Of a stretch of 64,000 nucleotides of DNA, positions 31,001 through 40,600 are shown in pieces. The stretch is from an uncultured Mycoplasmatota bacterium. GTDB lineage: Bacteria; Bacillota_I; Bacilli_A; RF39; UBA660. The stretch spans positions 66,885-130,884 of the forward strand of contig URPE01000002.1 of assembly GCA_900549625.1 (NCBI GenBank). The letters are read 5' to 3'. The translations under genes and the position numbers were made by a program. Numbering within the stretch: the stretch's first letter is position 1; each line of letters starts with the position of its first letter. A model generated the notes under the pieces. The model worked only from the letters and a program-made list of their open reading frames with translations, was not told where the DNA came from and did no database searches.

Positions 31001-32653
31001 AGTAATAATTATATAATGTGGAATATTCCTAGCATCATTATCATTTTCTACTCTAGATTGAAAAACTTTTTCTAAATTATAAGCAATTTCTCTATATTCA
31101 TCATTACTAGAAGCAAAATAACGAAAAGTTTTATCGTTAGACCAACAATGTGGTAAAACTTTAACATAATCCCAAGCCGCCTCATTTTCCATAGATGTTA
31201 ATAAAACAATTTTAACCTCATCATAACTATATCTTGTAACAATTTGTAAAATAAGTCTATCTATAAAATCTTTGTTAATTTTATAATTGCCAACTATACC
31301 AGTTGCCACATTATCATAAAAAGAATATGTAATTGGAACATCTTTAAGAATTCTTTCCTTTTGTCCTAACTTATGCACCTCATCTAACAAATTATCTTCA
31401 TCTAAAGAAAAATGTTCTTCGGGATACTTTATTTCAATTTGCATTGGTAAATTGCCAATACCAATTGGTAAAGTCAAAAAATCATCATCAGTTATTCTTT
31501 TTTGCCAAAGTTTAACATTATGACCTTTAATTATATCTTGACATTGACTAATACTAAAATTATTTTCAATTAACCCTTGACGCTGTTTTTCTAATTCATT
31601 TAAAATTTCTTTTTCTTTTTTAGTCAAATATTTCATATACAATTTTTGACGTTTTCTTTCTAAATTTTTATTAGAAAATTTTTGATAGGCTCTTGTAAGC
31701 ATTGGCCATAGTAAACTACTAGCTAGCATAACGACACACATTGCAATGCTTGTCCAAGAATCATCAAAAGTACGTTTTCCAGATCCAATGGAATTCATTG
31801 TTGACATAAGCATTACCACTGACATCATAGACATTGTAAGCATTGGTCCAATCGTTAAAATTTCAGGAGTGCCATCATCATTAACTTTTGTTGGTGGCGC
31901 ATCAATTTGTAATATATAATGAGAAAGTTTTTGATAAAAATATGGCGTACGATAAAAATAATCCTTAGAAAAATTTAAACTTTCATCATTTAATTCAGCA
32001 TAATCTTCATTATAAGAAATTTTTTGTGGAACAACATTAACAAACGCAGCATTAAAGGCAAGTAATCCTCCAGGATTATTAATAAGAAAATAATCAATAC
32101 CATCTTGTTTCATTAAAATAAGTTTTAACCCATACCAGAAAATAATATCACCATATAAAATTCTTTGATGTTTATCCACTCTATTTTGATTAACAAAAAT
32201 TAATGAATTATCATCATTAACAGTTAAATAATAATAATTATCTTTCTTATTTATTGTAAAAGCAACCTCACTTATACCACCTAAATTATAACAAATTTCA
32301 TTTTTAGAAGAATTACCCACATGAATAACACTTTCATTATTAACACCAAATTCCTTATAAGAATTATCATAAACTGGTGAACAATATAAATAGTATTTTT
32401 CATGTCGAAAATTATTTTGTAAAGAATAGAAATGATAATTTTGTAGTATAACATTTGGTATCATAATATCTTGGTTATCAACAATAAAAGCATCATCATT
32501 GCTTATTAGTTTCCACCCATCACTTGAAGCTTCTATATTAACCATGTTTATCTTACGTCCATTTTCATAATTGGTAATCCAATAATTACCTACAACATTT
32601 TCTGGAAGTTTAAACACATTTAACTTATTTTCTTTAATAATTACTATTTCCAT
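28058..32653 (-). CDS. essC: type VIIb secretion FtsK/SpoIIIE-family ATPase EssC/YukB
   Basis: 1531 aa; N-terminal FHA-like domains, TM segments, three P-loop domains (GTTGSGKSE, GTTGSGKD). Confidence 0.85.
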   Translation of the reverse strand: MEIVIIKENKLNVFKLPENVVGNYWITNYENGRKINMVNIEASSDGWKLISNDDAFIVDNQDIMIPNVILQNYHFYSLQNNFRHEKYYLYCSPVYDNSYKEFGVNNESVIHVGNSSKNEICYNLGGISEVAFTINKKDNYYYLTVNDDNSLIFVNQNRVDKHQRILYGDIIFWYGLKLILMKQDGIDYFLINNPGGLLAFNAAFVNVVPQKISYNEDYAELNDESLNFSKDYFYRTPYFYQKLSHYILQIDAPPTKVNDDGTPEILTIGPMLTMSMMSVVMLMSTMNSIGSGKRTFDDSWTSIAMCVVMLASSLLWPMLTRAYQKFSNKNLERKRQKLYMKYLTKKEKEILNELEKQRQGLIENNFSISQCQDIIKGHNVKLWQKRITDDDFLTLPIGIGNLPMQIEIKYPEEHFSLDEDNLLDEVHKLGQKERILKDVPITYSFYDNVATGIVGNYKINKDFIDRLILQIVTRYSYDEVKIVLLTSMENEAAWDYVKVLPHCWSNDKTFRYFASSNDEYREIAYNLEKVFQSRVENDNDARNIPHYIIITDAIKSVDNYDLIKNVLSNGENIGFSMVMLVDRVSACPNECKNFINLNKSGCYIFNSVINLSNQQFVIDESSVEELYNCAVELANIEIELKNDAQTSLPDVYHYLEMYQVGKVEHLNSFDRWKKSNPVLSLQAPVGIGKSGEIISLDLHERYHGPHGLIAGTTGSGKSEFIITFVLSLAINYSPYDVQIILIDYKGGSLAGAFKNDKYVLPHLAGTITNLDGNELNRSLASIESEVKRRQKEFNDAKVVTNESTMDIYKYQKLWKEGRLVGKEPISHLFIISDEFAELKEQQPDFMDKLISVARVGRSLGIHLILATQKPGGVVDQQIWSNTRFRVCLKVQDTGDSQEVLKKPDAAFLKKTGRFYLQVGYDEIFTLGQSAWAGGQYYPSVTFKKQTDNSVNAINNIGFVTMSKDNTKSYKIESQGEELTNIVKYLSDLAISENIKIHKLWLDKIPDKIYVDALKSKYNYLKKDFDINLVIGEYDDPNTQNQYLLTIPLTKYGNAILYGTTGSGKDTFISTMIYSGITSYSPLEINYYILDFGSETLGVFKNVPHVGDVAYLNDTDKIINLFKMVNELLVERKKLFSSFGGTYEGYNQNSGENVPAVVVIINNYESFLENFEDLNEQLASILRESYRYGIYFVISASSETSVRVKIKQNISLTYALQQNNDSDYANIFGNIRGKTPAKIKGRGLFKKENVYEFQTAYSTDKNNFSEFIKNLGNELSETYIDKALPIPSLPDSVSFDDVIKNISRDTSMAIGLNKNTLETEKYNFGKSSISLISSYEIEKITGFLQALIKEILYVNVYDVLILNGNDIKFDIVDIEKKIYNNNYDSIINKVADYVDKVYDIYQGNGFNDASLLEHKKLCVFICGINDFMNKLSDELKKKFSGTLQKNNQMNLVSFVIVDNPDVIKTFAYDEWFKVGADTSKGIFVGSGIDEQNLFKVAKITREDREEIPIDFGFIINNSKLVKIKLLSSFEQH

Positions 32654-32665
32654 ATACTCACCTCC

Positions 32666-32920
32666 CTAATACAAAATTAATTTAGAACCATTTTTTATAG
32701 AACTATATCTTACAAACTGTGCTTCATCAATAACGTTACCACTAACTCTATCATATAATCTCTTACAGCCATCATCAACAAAGGCATGATTACTTAGTTC
32801 TTCCACCATCTTAATAATTAAACTTTTAACAGTACCAACTTTTTTCCTAATAGGAATATACATATCATACTCTTCATCTATTATTGGCACTATAATTGTA
32901 ACTAAAATTTTATCCTTCAT
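32666..32920 (-). CDS. esaB: ubiquitin-like T7SS protein EsaB/YukD
   Basis: 84 aa, beta-grasp-like pattern, immediately upstream of essC. Confidence 0.5.
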   Translation of the reverse strand: MKDKILVTIIVPIIDEEYDMYIPIRKKVGTVKSLIIKMVEELSNHAFVDDGCKRLYDRVSGNVIDEAQFVRYSSIKNGSKLILY

Positions 32921-32970
32921 ATTGTCACTCCCCTTATAAATATTAAAATTATATTTATTAAAAAAGTATT

Positions 32971-33948
32971 TTATCTCGTACGATTATTATAATTCCCAAA
33001 ATTTATAGAATCCACAAAATTTTCACTAAGTTCATCTAAATAGTCATTTTGTTTTAATTTATTTAACCATTTTTTGGGAATGTTTTCTCTTCCATATATA
33101 ATGCCATTAATTGAACCAGTAATTGCTCCAATTGTATCAGTATCATCACCTAAATTAATAGCAGAAATAACAGCAGACTCATAAGAGTCATTTTGTATAG
33201 TACACCATAAACTTGCCTCCAATGAATCGACAACATACCCAGAAGATTTAACTTCTGAAATATCCAAAAATTTTATATCACCATTTAAAATTCTTTGATA
33301 TGCCTTAATACTATCAGCTGAATAATATTTAACATAGTCATTATTTTTAAGTAAATCTAAAGCCTCAATTTTATCAACATTGTCAAGTAACGAAGAAACA
33401 TAATCTGAAAATATCTTACAACCAAGTTTACTTATTTCATGTGCATGAGTTAACGCAGAAGCTTGATTAATTATTGAAATGTTTTCGCTTTCTGAATAAT
33501 TAGAATATTTCAAATAATATACAAAAGGTAAAATTCTCATTAATGAGCCATTACCATTTTCGGTTATTCTCTTCATACCACAATCAACAGCATTAATTCC
33601 GTTTTTAAAATTCAAAATTGCGTTTCTAGTAGATATTCCAATATCAAATAATTCACCAGTAGCAGTATATTTTGCGTAATCTACCCATTCGGTAAATCTA
33701 TACATTATATCATTAAAATCAATTCTTCCTTTTATAACAATAGAATCCATTGTTGCAATCATAAGTGATGTGTCATCACTCCAAGTTCCTTCTGGAACGT
33801 CATGACTTCCAAAACCAAACATTCCTTTAACAGGATTTTTTTGTAATATTTTTCTACTTAAAAATTCCACAGGAACACCAAGTGCATCACCAACAGCAAA
33901 CCCTAGTATTCCAGCTTTCATCTTTTCATTCATTTTTATCACCATCAC
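32971..33948 (-). CDS. ADP-ribosylglycohydrolase (ARH/DraG/Tri1-like), predicted immunity protein for the adjacent ART toxin
   Basis: N-terminal GILGFAVGDALGVPVEF ARH signature, 325 aa, C-terminal GDDTDTIGAITGS metal-site motif. Confidence 0.7.
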   Translation of the reverse strand: MMVIKMNEKMKAGILGFAVGDALGVPVEFLSRKILQKNPVKGMFGFGSHDVPEGTWSDDTSLMIATMDSIVIKGRIDFNDIMYRFTEWVDYAKYTATGELFDIGISTRNAILNFKNGINAVDCGMKRITENGNGSLMRILPFVYYLKYSNYSESENISIINQASALTHAHEISKLGCKIFSDYVSSLLDNVDKIEALDLLKNNDYVKYYSADSIKAYQRILNGDIKFLDISEVKSSGYVVDSLEASLWCTIQNDSYESAVISAINLGDDTDTIGAITGSINGIIYGRENIPKKWLNKLKQNDYLDELSENFVDSINFGNYNNRTR

Positions 33949-34157
33949 TTAATTTGCCTGGGACTATCATTAGTAATATTATTTTTATTATTATTATTAT
34001 TAGAATCAGATGGAATTGAAAGACCTCTAGAGGCTAATAGCATGTCCCTTTTCCTCAAAAGTTCTTCTATTTCTTTTTTTATCTCAATATCACTCTTGCC
34101 TTCAGTATCGAATGTAAATTTAACATCAAGAGCTTTTTCTTTTTCATTATCAATCAT
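33945..34157 (-). CDS. small hypothetical protein (70 aa) between toxin and ARH gene
   Basis: ORF overlapping ARH start by 4 nt. Confidence 0.3.
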   Translation of the reverse strand: MIDNEKEKALDVKFTFDTEGKSDIEIKKEIEELLRKRDMLLASRGLSIPSDSNNNNNKNNITNDSPRQIK

Positions 34158-34176
34158 ACATATCTCCTATCTATAT

Positions 34177-37152
34177 TTATTTTACCACACATTTAACTAT
34201 TATTTTTTCAAGACCATTAATATCTTTTACAGGTGATGACACATCTACTATTGTTAATTCAGTATTCCTTGCTAATAAAAATTCATTTTCCAAGTTATAG
34301 AAATCAGAAATTTGATTTATATAAGCACCTGGAGTACCCTTTTTAGCAATTATATCTAAAACTATTGGACAATCCATTCTTTTAGCAAAGGAAGTACTAT
34401 ATGCAGGAGAGGTACTTACATAACTTAAATCCTTAAAAGGTTTACCGATAAGAGTTTCCAAAGTAGTTGAAATTCTTGGCAAATCATTTTCAGCAATACC
34501 ATCAAACAAAGCGGCATAAACTGAGCTTTGAGCTGTAAAAGCAGATAAATTCACTCCCCTATATAATTCAGTTGCCTGCTCCAATCCGCCATATTTCATA
34601 ATAGCAGAATCAATATTTTTAACAAGTTTTTTTGCATCAAAACCATTTATATTACCATGAACATTTTTGGCCCTTATTTGACCATTTATAATGCTATACG
34701 CACTACTACTATAAATCCTTAAAGCAGAAATCTCGTCAGTTGTAAGCCGTGATAAAAATCTTCCCTGAATAGTATTATTCAAAAAATTCTGAAAAGAGGC
34801 TTTTGAAGCTCCAGATAATTTTCCAAGAACTTGTTGAACGGAGTATCCATGAACAAACATGTCATGAATAATTTTGCCTGCATCTCCATAATATGAAGAC
34901 ATTTGCCTTTTTGCTTCATCAAGCAATATACTAAATGAAATATAATTAGTTGGTTCACCAAAAGAATTTAAATCTGAAACATTTTCAGATAAGTTTTCTA
35001 TAGTTTGATTATTATTTAATTTCTGTAAATTCATAGTTTCAGTTATATCTAAAGAATCAAGTTGATTGTTACTAATATTATCATTTATATCAGATAAATT
35101 CATGGTTATCGTAACATCATTAGAAATATCTTGTTGTCTAGAAAATTTAGTATTAGCAATCATAGAAGGAGTATTTAATATACCAGCAGTAATACCTCCG
35201 TATAATGCACTTTGTATTACATTTCCTTTTAATTCATTTCCATCTATTTTCTCTCCAGTTATTAATGATTTTACTTCTTCTCCAAATATCTCTTGCCCGC
35301 CTTCTTCTAAGCCTTCTTTTGCCATTGAATGTATATAACTTTTGAAACTATCAACTGGTACATCATTAAAAAAACTTATTCCACCTAAAAATTTCTCGGT
35401 TATACTTTCTGTTGCTCCTGATATTACCCCATATGTTAAGGCTTGACTATTTGTATATCCTTCTGTTAACATTTCATGATAACTATTGCCTCCAGCTGAT
35501 ATTCCTAATAAGGCCGAACCTATTGCTCCTCCTCCTGCCATACTTAATGCTATCGATGGAGCCATATTTCCTATTCCTTGACTTATTGCATAATTATCTT
35601 TTAAATATGCTCCTGTATAATCTCCACTTGCTAAGGCTTGACTTAAATACATATTTTCGTATTCTTCTATTGTATTTGCTCTACTTGGACTTTCTCCTGT
35701 TATAAATGCTCCAGCTGCACTTATTGCATGTTCTATTCCACTTGCACTTGATTGTATTCCACTATCTATCCCTTTTCCTGTTACTTTTAAATGATTGGTA
35801 ATTGCTTCTTTTATATTTTCTTCCTTTGAAAGAGTATTTAAATATGCCTGTGCTTTCTCTTTACCTATTGCTTGATTTACTGTATTCTCTATTACTTTTA
35901 AATATTCATTAGCTTCATATACACCATATTTATCATTTAAATAATTATATATCTTACTATATGTTTCATCTGTCCTTGCTACATGTATTAAATTTAACAA
36001 TTGTTTTGTATGATCATCAACCGAATATGCTTCATTACTTAATTTTGATATTCTCTCTTCTAATCCCCTTGCATATTCTAATTCACTTACTTGTCCATAT
36101 CTTTTACAATATTCTTCATAACTTGTAAAATAATTGACTCCTTCGACATTTTCTATTGTTATTTTACTACTATCTACTTTATCTTTATTTTGATATTTAT
36201 CATAATCACTTAATACAGTTAAACATTCATATTTTGCTACATCTATATTTTGTTCTATTTGTTCTATGTTTGTTTCACAACTTGTTTTTAATTCCTTTAA
36301 TTCACTTATATATTTCTTGTAATCTTCTAATGTTCCAAACTTTTCTTTTATTACCTTTTGTGATTCTTTACTCAACATACTTATATCATCTATTGTTCTT
36401 AAATGATACTTTGCTCGACTAAATTCGTTTTCTATTGTTTCATATTCTTTTAACTCTTCATCTACTGCACTTATATATTGTTTCATTAATGTTTTTTGTG
36501 ATTCTAATGGATTTGTATATTCTTGATATGTTTCATTATACACTTTATCATCTATTACTAACTCTGGTGTTTCTACTTTGCTATCAATAAAACTTAATAA
36601 ACTTTTTAAAACATTTCCTATCTTTGATATCTTTGTTGCTTTACCTACCTCTTCATCACTTGTATTTATTATCTCATTATCACTTATTCTTCTATCTGTT
36701 TCTTTTATAAACTTACTTATATATTTTGACATTTCTTGTGTATTAGAACTTTGTTCGTTATATGTGTTTATCTCAAATAATTCTGTATCATTAACACTAG
36801 ATGAATCTATAGACATACTTATCTTACTTGCTACTATACTTGCATTGCTTTCTTTTACAATACCACCTTTTTCACTAACTTTGTTTTCTAAGCCTTCTAT
36901 ATCATTACAATATTCTTGCATATAAGAAACTATATTATTTATATTATTAGAAATATCATTATAATTACTTTTTATCTTCTTTAATAATCCATTAAAAGCT
37001 GATATATCATCATAATTGTCTGTTTGATAATTACTTATATCAAATACTTCCTTTTTATTAAGATAGTACTTACTATAATTTTCTAAAGTGTCAATAACTT
37101 TTCTTATATTATCCGTGTTTACTTCAGTTATCACCTTCATGAGAAAAACCAA
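34177..37152 (-). CDS. LXG-type polymorphic toxin with C-terminal C3/VIP2-like (R-S-E class) mono-ADP-ribosyltransferase domain
   Basis: C-terminal ELYRGV (Arg), YVSTSPAYSTS (STS) and ENEFLLARNTEL (E-x-E ARTT loop) motifs; N-terminal helical secretion domain shared with 37631..44467. Confidence 0.7.
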   Translation of the reverse strand: MVFLMKVITEVNTDNIRKVIDTLENYSKYYLNKKEVFDISNYQTDNYDDISAFNGLLKKIKSNYNDISNNINNIVSYMQEYCNDIEGLENKVSEKGGIVKESNASIVASKISMSIDSSSVNDTELFEINTYNEQSSNTQEMSKYISKFIKETDRRISDNEIINTSDEEVGKATKISKIGNVLKSLLSFIDSKVETPELVIDDKVYNETYQEYTNPLESQKTLMKQYISAVDEELKEYETIENEFSRAKYHLRTIDDISMLSKESQKVIKEKFGTLEDYKKYISELKELKTSCETNIEQIEQNIDVAKYECLTVLSDYDKYQNKDKVDSSKITIENVEGVNYFTSYEEYCKRYGQVSELEYARGLEERISKLSNEAYSVDDHTKQLLNLIHVARTDETYSKIYNYLNDKYGVYEANEYLKVIENTVNQAIGKEKAQAYLNTLSKEENIKEAITNHLKVTGKGIDSGIQSSASGIEHAISAAGAFITGESPSRANTIEEYENMYLSQALASGDYTGAYLKDNYAISQGIGNMAPSIALSMAGGGAIGSALLGISAGGNSYHEMLTEGYTNSQALTYGVISGATESITEKFLGGISFFNDVPVDSFKSYIHSMAKEGLEEGGQEIFGEEVKSLITGEKIDGNELKGNVIQSALYGGITAGILNTPSMIANTKFSRQQDISNDVTITMNLSDINDNISNNQLDSLDITETMNLQKLNNNQTIENLSENVSDLNSFGEPTNYISFSILLDEAKRQMSSYYGDAGKIIHDMFVHGYSVQQVLGKLSGASKASFQNFLNNTIQGRFLSRLTTDEISALRIYSSSAYSIINGQIRAKNVHGNINGFDAKKLVKNIDSAIMKYGGLEQATELYRGVNLSAFTAQSSVYAALFDGIAENDLPRISTTLETLIGKPFKDLSYVSTSPAYSTSFAKRMDCPIVLDIIAKKGTPGAYINQISDFYNLENEFLLARNTELTIVDVSSPVKDINGLEKIIVKCVVK

Positions 37153-37266
37153 CCTTTTAAACGTCTAATGTTTCTAAAGAGGCTACTGCTTGTTCATATT
37201 CTTTTTTTGCTTTCTTTATTTCTGTCGTTTGATATATATTCATTAATTTATTTTTAAACTCTTTTC
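35159..37266. repeat. 2108-bp direct repeat, copy A (identical to 42474..44581)
   Basis: position-by-position identity with offset 7315; identical spurious antisense ORFs in track. Confidence 0.9.
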
Positions 37267-37504
37267 CTAAATCACTTTCATAACCCTTAAATAACACTTT
37301 ATCAATATCTTCATGATTAAATAAAATATTATTATCAGTAGCAAGAATACCTTCTGGATACAATGCTCCAAGATAATCATAAACTAAATTATCATTATCC
37401 AAAGTGGGATAAGCATAACCAATTACCATTAATGGCTTTTTACCATTTTTTAATAACACAACACTACCTAAATTTAAAAAATCTTTATCATTCATAATAT
37501 ACAA
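37157..37504 (-). CDS. DUF4176-like small T7SS/LXG-associated protein
   Basis: 115 aa with GSVVLLKNGKKPLMVIG and YDYLGALYPEG pattern; directly upstream of LXG gene. Confidence 0.45.
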   Translation of the reverse strand: MYIMNDKDFLNLGSVVLLKNGKKPLMVIGYAYPTLDNDNLVYDYLGALYPEGILATDNNILFNHEDIDKVLFKGYESDLGKEFKNKLMNIYQTTEIKKAKKEYEQAVASLETLDV

Positions 37505-37555
37505 TCCTCTTATTCTTTCATATCTTTTCTATTCTATACCTAAGTCTAACATATG

Positions 37556-37582
37556 AAAGAAAAAAAATCTAGATGCCTAGAT
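37556..37582 (-). terminator. Rho-independent terminator downstream of giant LXG gene
   Basis: ATCTAG-atgc-CTAGAT hairpin with flanking T-run on the minus strand. Confidence 0.55.
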
Positions 37583-37630
37583 TAATTTTTCTTTGTTTAA
37601 AATATTAATTCAAAATAATATTTATATTAG

Positions 37631-40600
37631 CTAACTAGCTTTTTCAATTTGAAGGTCATTAATTTTAATATCTATCTTTTCTAACAAAGAATCTATATCA
37701 ATATCTATCTTATTAATTCTTTGAGTCTTCTCATTGGTAACATCAAACTTTCTATTTTCATCCTTAATAGTGTTCTTTATAAATAATAAATTGTCAATGT
37801 CGTCTGAATTTTTAATGGCTTCATTTAATAAGTTAGTAACTCTATCAGCTGAAAAATATTTAGTTATTAGTTCACTATCCGTTGCATTTCTATATCCACT
37901 TCTATTATTTTCATGTAATGTTAATATTGATTTTATCAATTCAACATTTCCAGTACTTTTATACTCTTTTATCAATTTATCTATTTTAATACTTTCTGAC
38001 TGTGCTAGTTTAGACTTATTAATATACACTAATGGAACATTAAAATCTACACTTGCTTTATATGCATTTTGTTTCTGTTCAGCACTCATCTCTTCAAATA
38101 CAACAACATAATCTGGTTGAATATTAGCAAGACGACCTTCACCAGTCAAATTTGTTCTTTCTAAATTAAATTCATTGTGTGTATGTCTAGTCTCATTCAT
38201 AACATCTTTTCCAGGTAAATATAATAGCTGGCGTTGACTTTTTATTACATATCCATCATTCATTGTAAAAATATCATAAGGTGCCATCATATTCATTTGT
38301 TCATTTGAAAAACTATTAAAGCCTATTACAACACCTTTACCCTTAACCATAGCCATTCCCATATTATTATTAGAAATCAAAGAACAGCATATACCATGAT
38401 TAGCAGTTCTACTAGACAAATTCCATGAATCAAAATAACTATCATTTATTATAGGCATTCCGCCATAGTTAGTATAGGTACTCTGAATTAGCATTTGAAA
38501 ATCACTTTCTGGTTCATAAACAGGAATTTTTTTCCCTTCATACTCGACATAATTGGTTATTTTAGTAGGATTAAACAAAGTTGCTTTTAGGCTTTTTGTA
38601 TAGACTTGTTTAATTGCGTTTATTATATTTAATGTATCATTCATATTATAACTGCTTGTTGATTCTAAACTAGAATAAACATTTTTAGCATTTTCAAGAG
38701 ATGATATATTTAAAATATCATTGATTTTACTCAAATAGGTTGTTGCAATTCCATTAGCATCTAAATCTTTAATTGATGAAAAATTACTGCCATACATTCT
38801 ATACAATTCAGTTGCGTCCTCTAAACTCATAGAAAAATATTTATTAAAAATTAAATTTTGAACCTCTGTAACATTAGTAGCATGCTTCAACAATGAATCA
38901 CACTTTTCAGCTAATTTAATATTATAATTTCTTAAATTATAATTATCTGGAGTAACAAGACTTCTCTCTCTCTTAACTTCTTGATTATTACCATTCACAA
39001 CAGAAAACAAATCGACTTGTTTTAAAATAATATTTCTTGCATTTTCCAAATCTGTTAAATCATGTATATTTAACAATTCAGCATTCACATCATTTTTTAG
39101 AAGATAATTTAACATAAAAGACATTTTTTGATCAGCTACTATTGAACTGGCAGAAGAATTATCATTAATAACAGATTGAACAAATAAATCAAATTTATCA
39201 TTATTACTCTTAAGTTGATTAATCTGCTCTACAACATCATAATATTTACTTAACTTAGTTAAGAATTTATCCCCAAACTTATAAATAGCTTCTTCAAATA
39301 AAGAATAATTAAATGTTGATAAAACAAATCTATTTTTTTCTTTAATTTTAGATAATACATTTAGCTTTTCATCATTAATCAAACCTTTTTTATATGCTTC
39401 AGCAAAAAGAGATTTTTGAGGTATAGTAGCTTCTTTTAACAAATTATTAATTTGGTTATTTCCAATATCATTTATAAACTTATCAATCTTATCGGTTAAT
39501 AATTTTTTGTTTTCAGCAGATAAATTTTCGTAAATAAGTTCAGCATCAGTATACATAAAATTATTTAATATTAAATCATTACTTTTTATCATTTCATTAA
39601 ACTTACTATTTAAATCTTTTCGTTTTGAAAATGAAAGTAAAAATCCCAAAAAATCATTATCAGCATTATTTAAAATATAATCAATATACTGTGGTTCTAA
39701 ACTATCAAAAAAGCCATCAAAATATTTTAAATTATCTGCATCGATAGACTTTCTAAATTTATTATCACTTATAATTTCTTCTATTAATTTAAATTTTGTA
39801 TCTTTATTTTTAACAAGTCCACGAAACAACATATAATATTTATCAGTACTTTCCAATGAATCTAATATTTCAAGTTGTTGAGTAGTTTCATAATGACTAA
39901 GTAATTCTGAAAAATAATGATACTGATAAGATGAATAAGAAGTACGATTAAAATTAAAGCCTTCAATCATATTTTTTATTTTTTCTAAATCAAGCTTTGT
40001 AAAAGCTTCTTTTCTAGCTAATTCTAAAACTGTTTCAGTATTAATATTATCATAAAACTTATTTATATCACCATTTTCTTTTAGTAAACTCAAAAAATCT
40101 ATTGTCTCATTATGACTAGAGTAATTATTCATTATATTTATTAATTGAGGAAATTCTCTAAAAGCTTCTATATACTCTTGTTCAAGTCCAAGTTGCATGA
40201 CATATTCATAATTAAAAGCGACTAATTTTTGCTTTTTTGAAAGATAATTTATTACCTTTTTATAAGCTTCTTCATTATAATTTGCCATTGCCCTTAAGTG
40301 GTCACCAGATATACCACGACATTCCTTAGATTTTATTTTATCTATCACAATATCTACCAATTGTTCACTATTGAATAATCCAATTGTTGAAAATAGTGTA
40401 TCAATTGGTATATTGTCTTTTATTTTCTGTTTACCAATAGGATCTGCAGCTTCATACAAATCAATTAAAGTACCTTCATAACCCATTTGGATACTCTTAA
40501 AATCATTGGCAATCAATTTATCAATAACAGCATCTATTGCCTTTTGATTTCCAAGTTTAGCTAAATCAGAATATTTTTCACTTGGTAACTCAAGGGCAGC

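Noticed and set aside
35066-36925. Plus-strand ORFs 35066..35338, 35412..35705, 36156..36422 and 36578..36925 (and their duplicates 42393..44240) antisense to the LXG genes
   Set aside because: They are low-complexity Leu/Phe/Ile-rich translations of the AT-rich antisense strand of a well-supported long ORF, and are duplicated only because the underlying DNA is duplicated.
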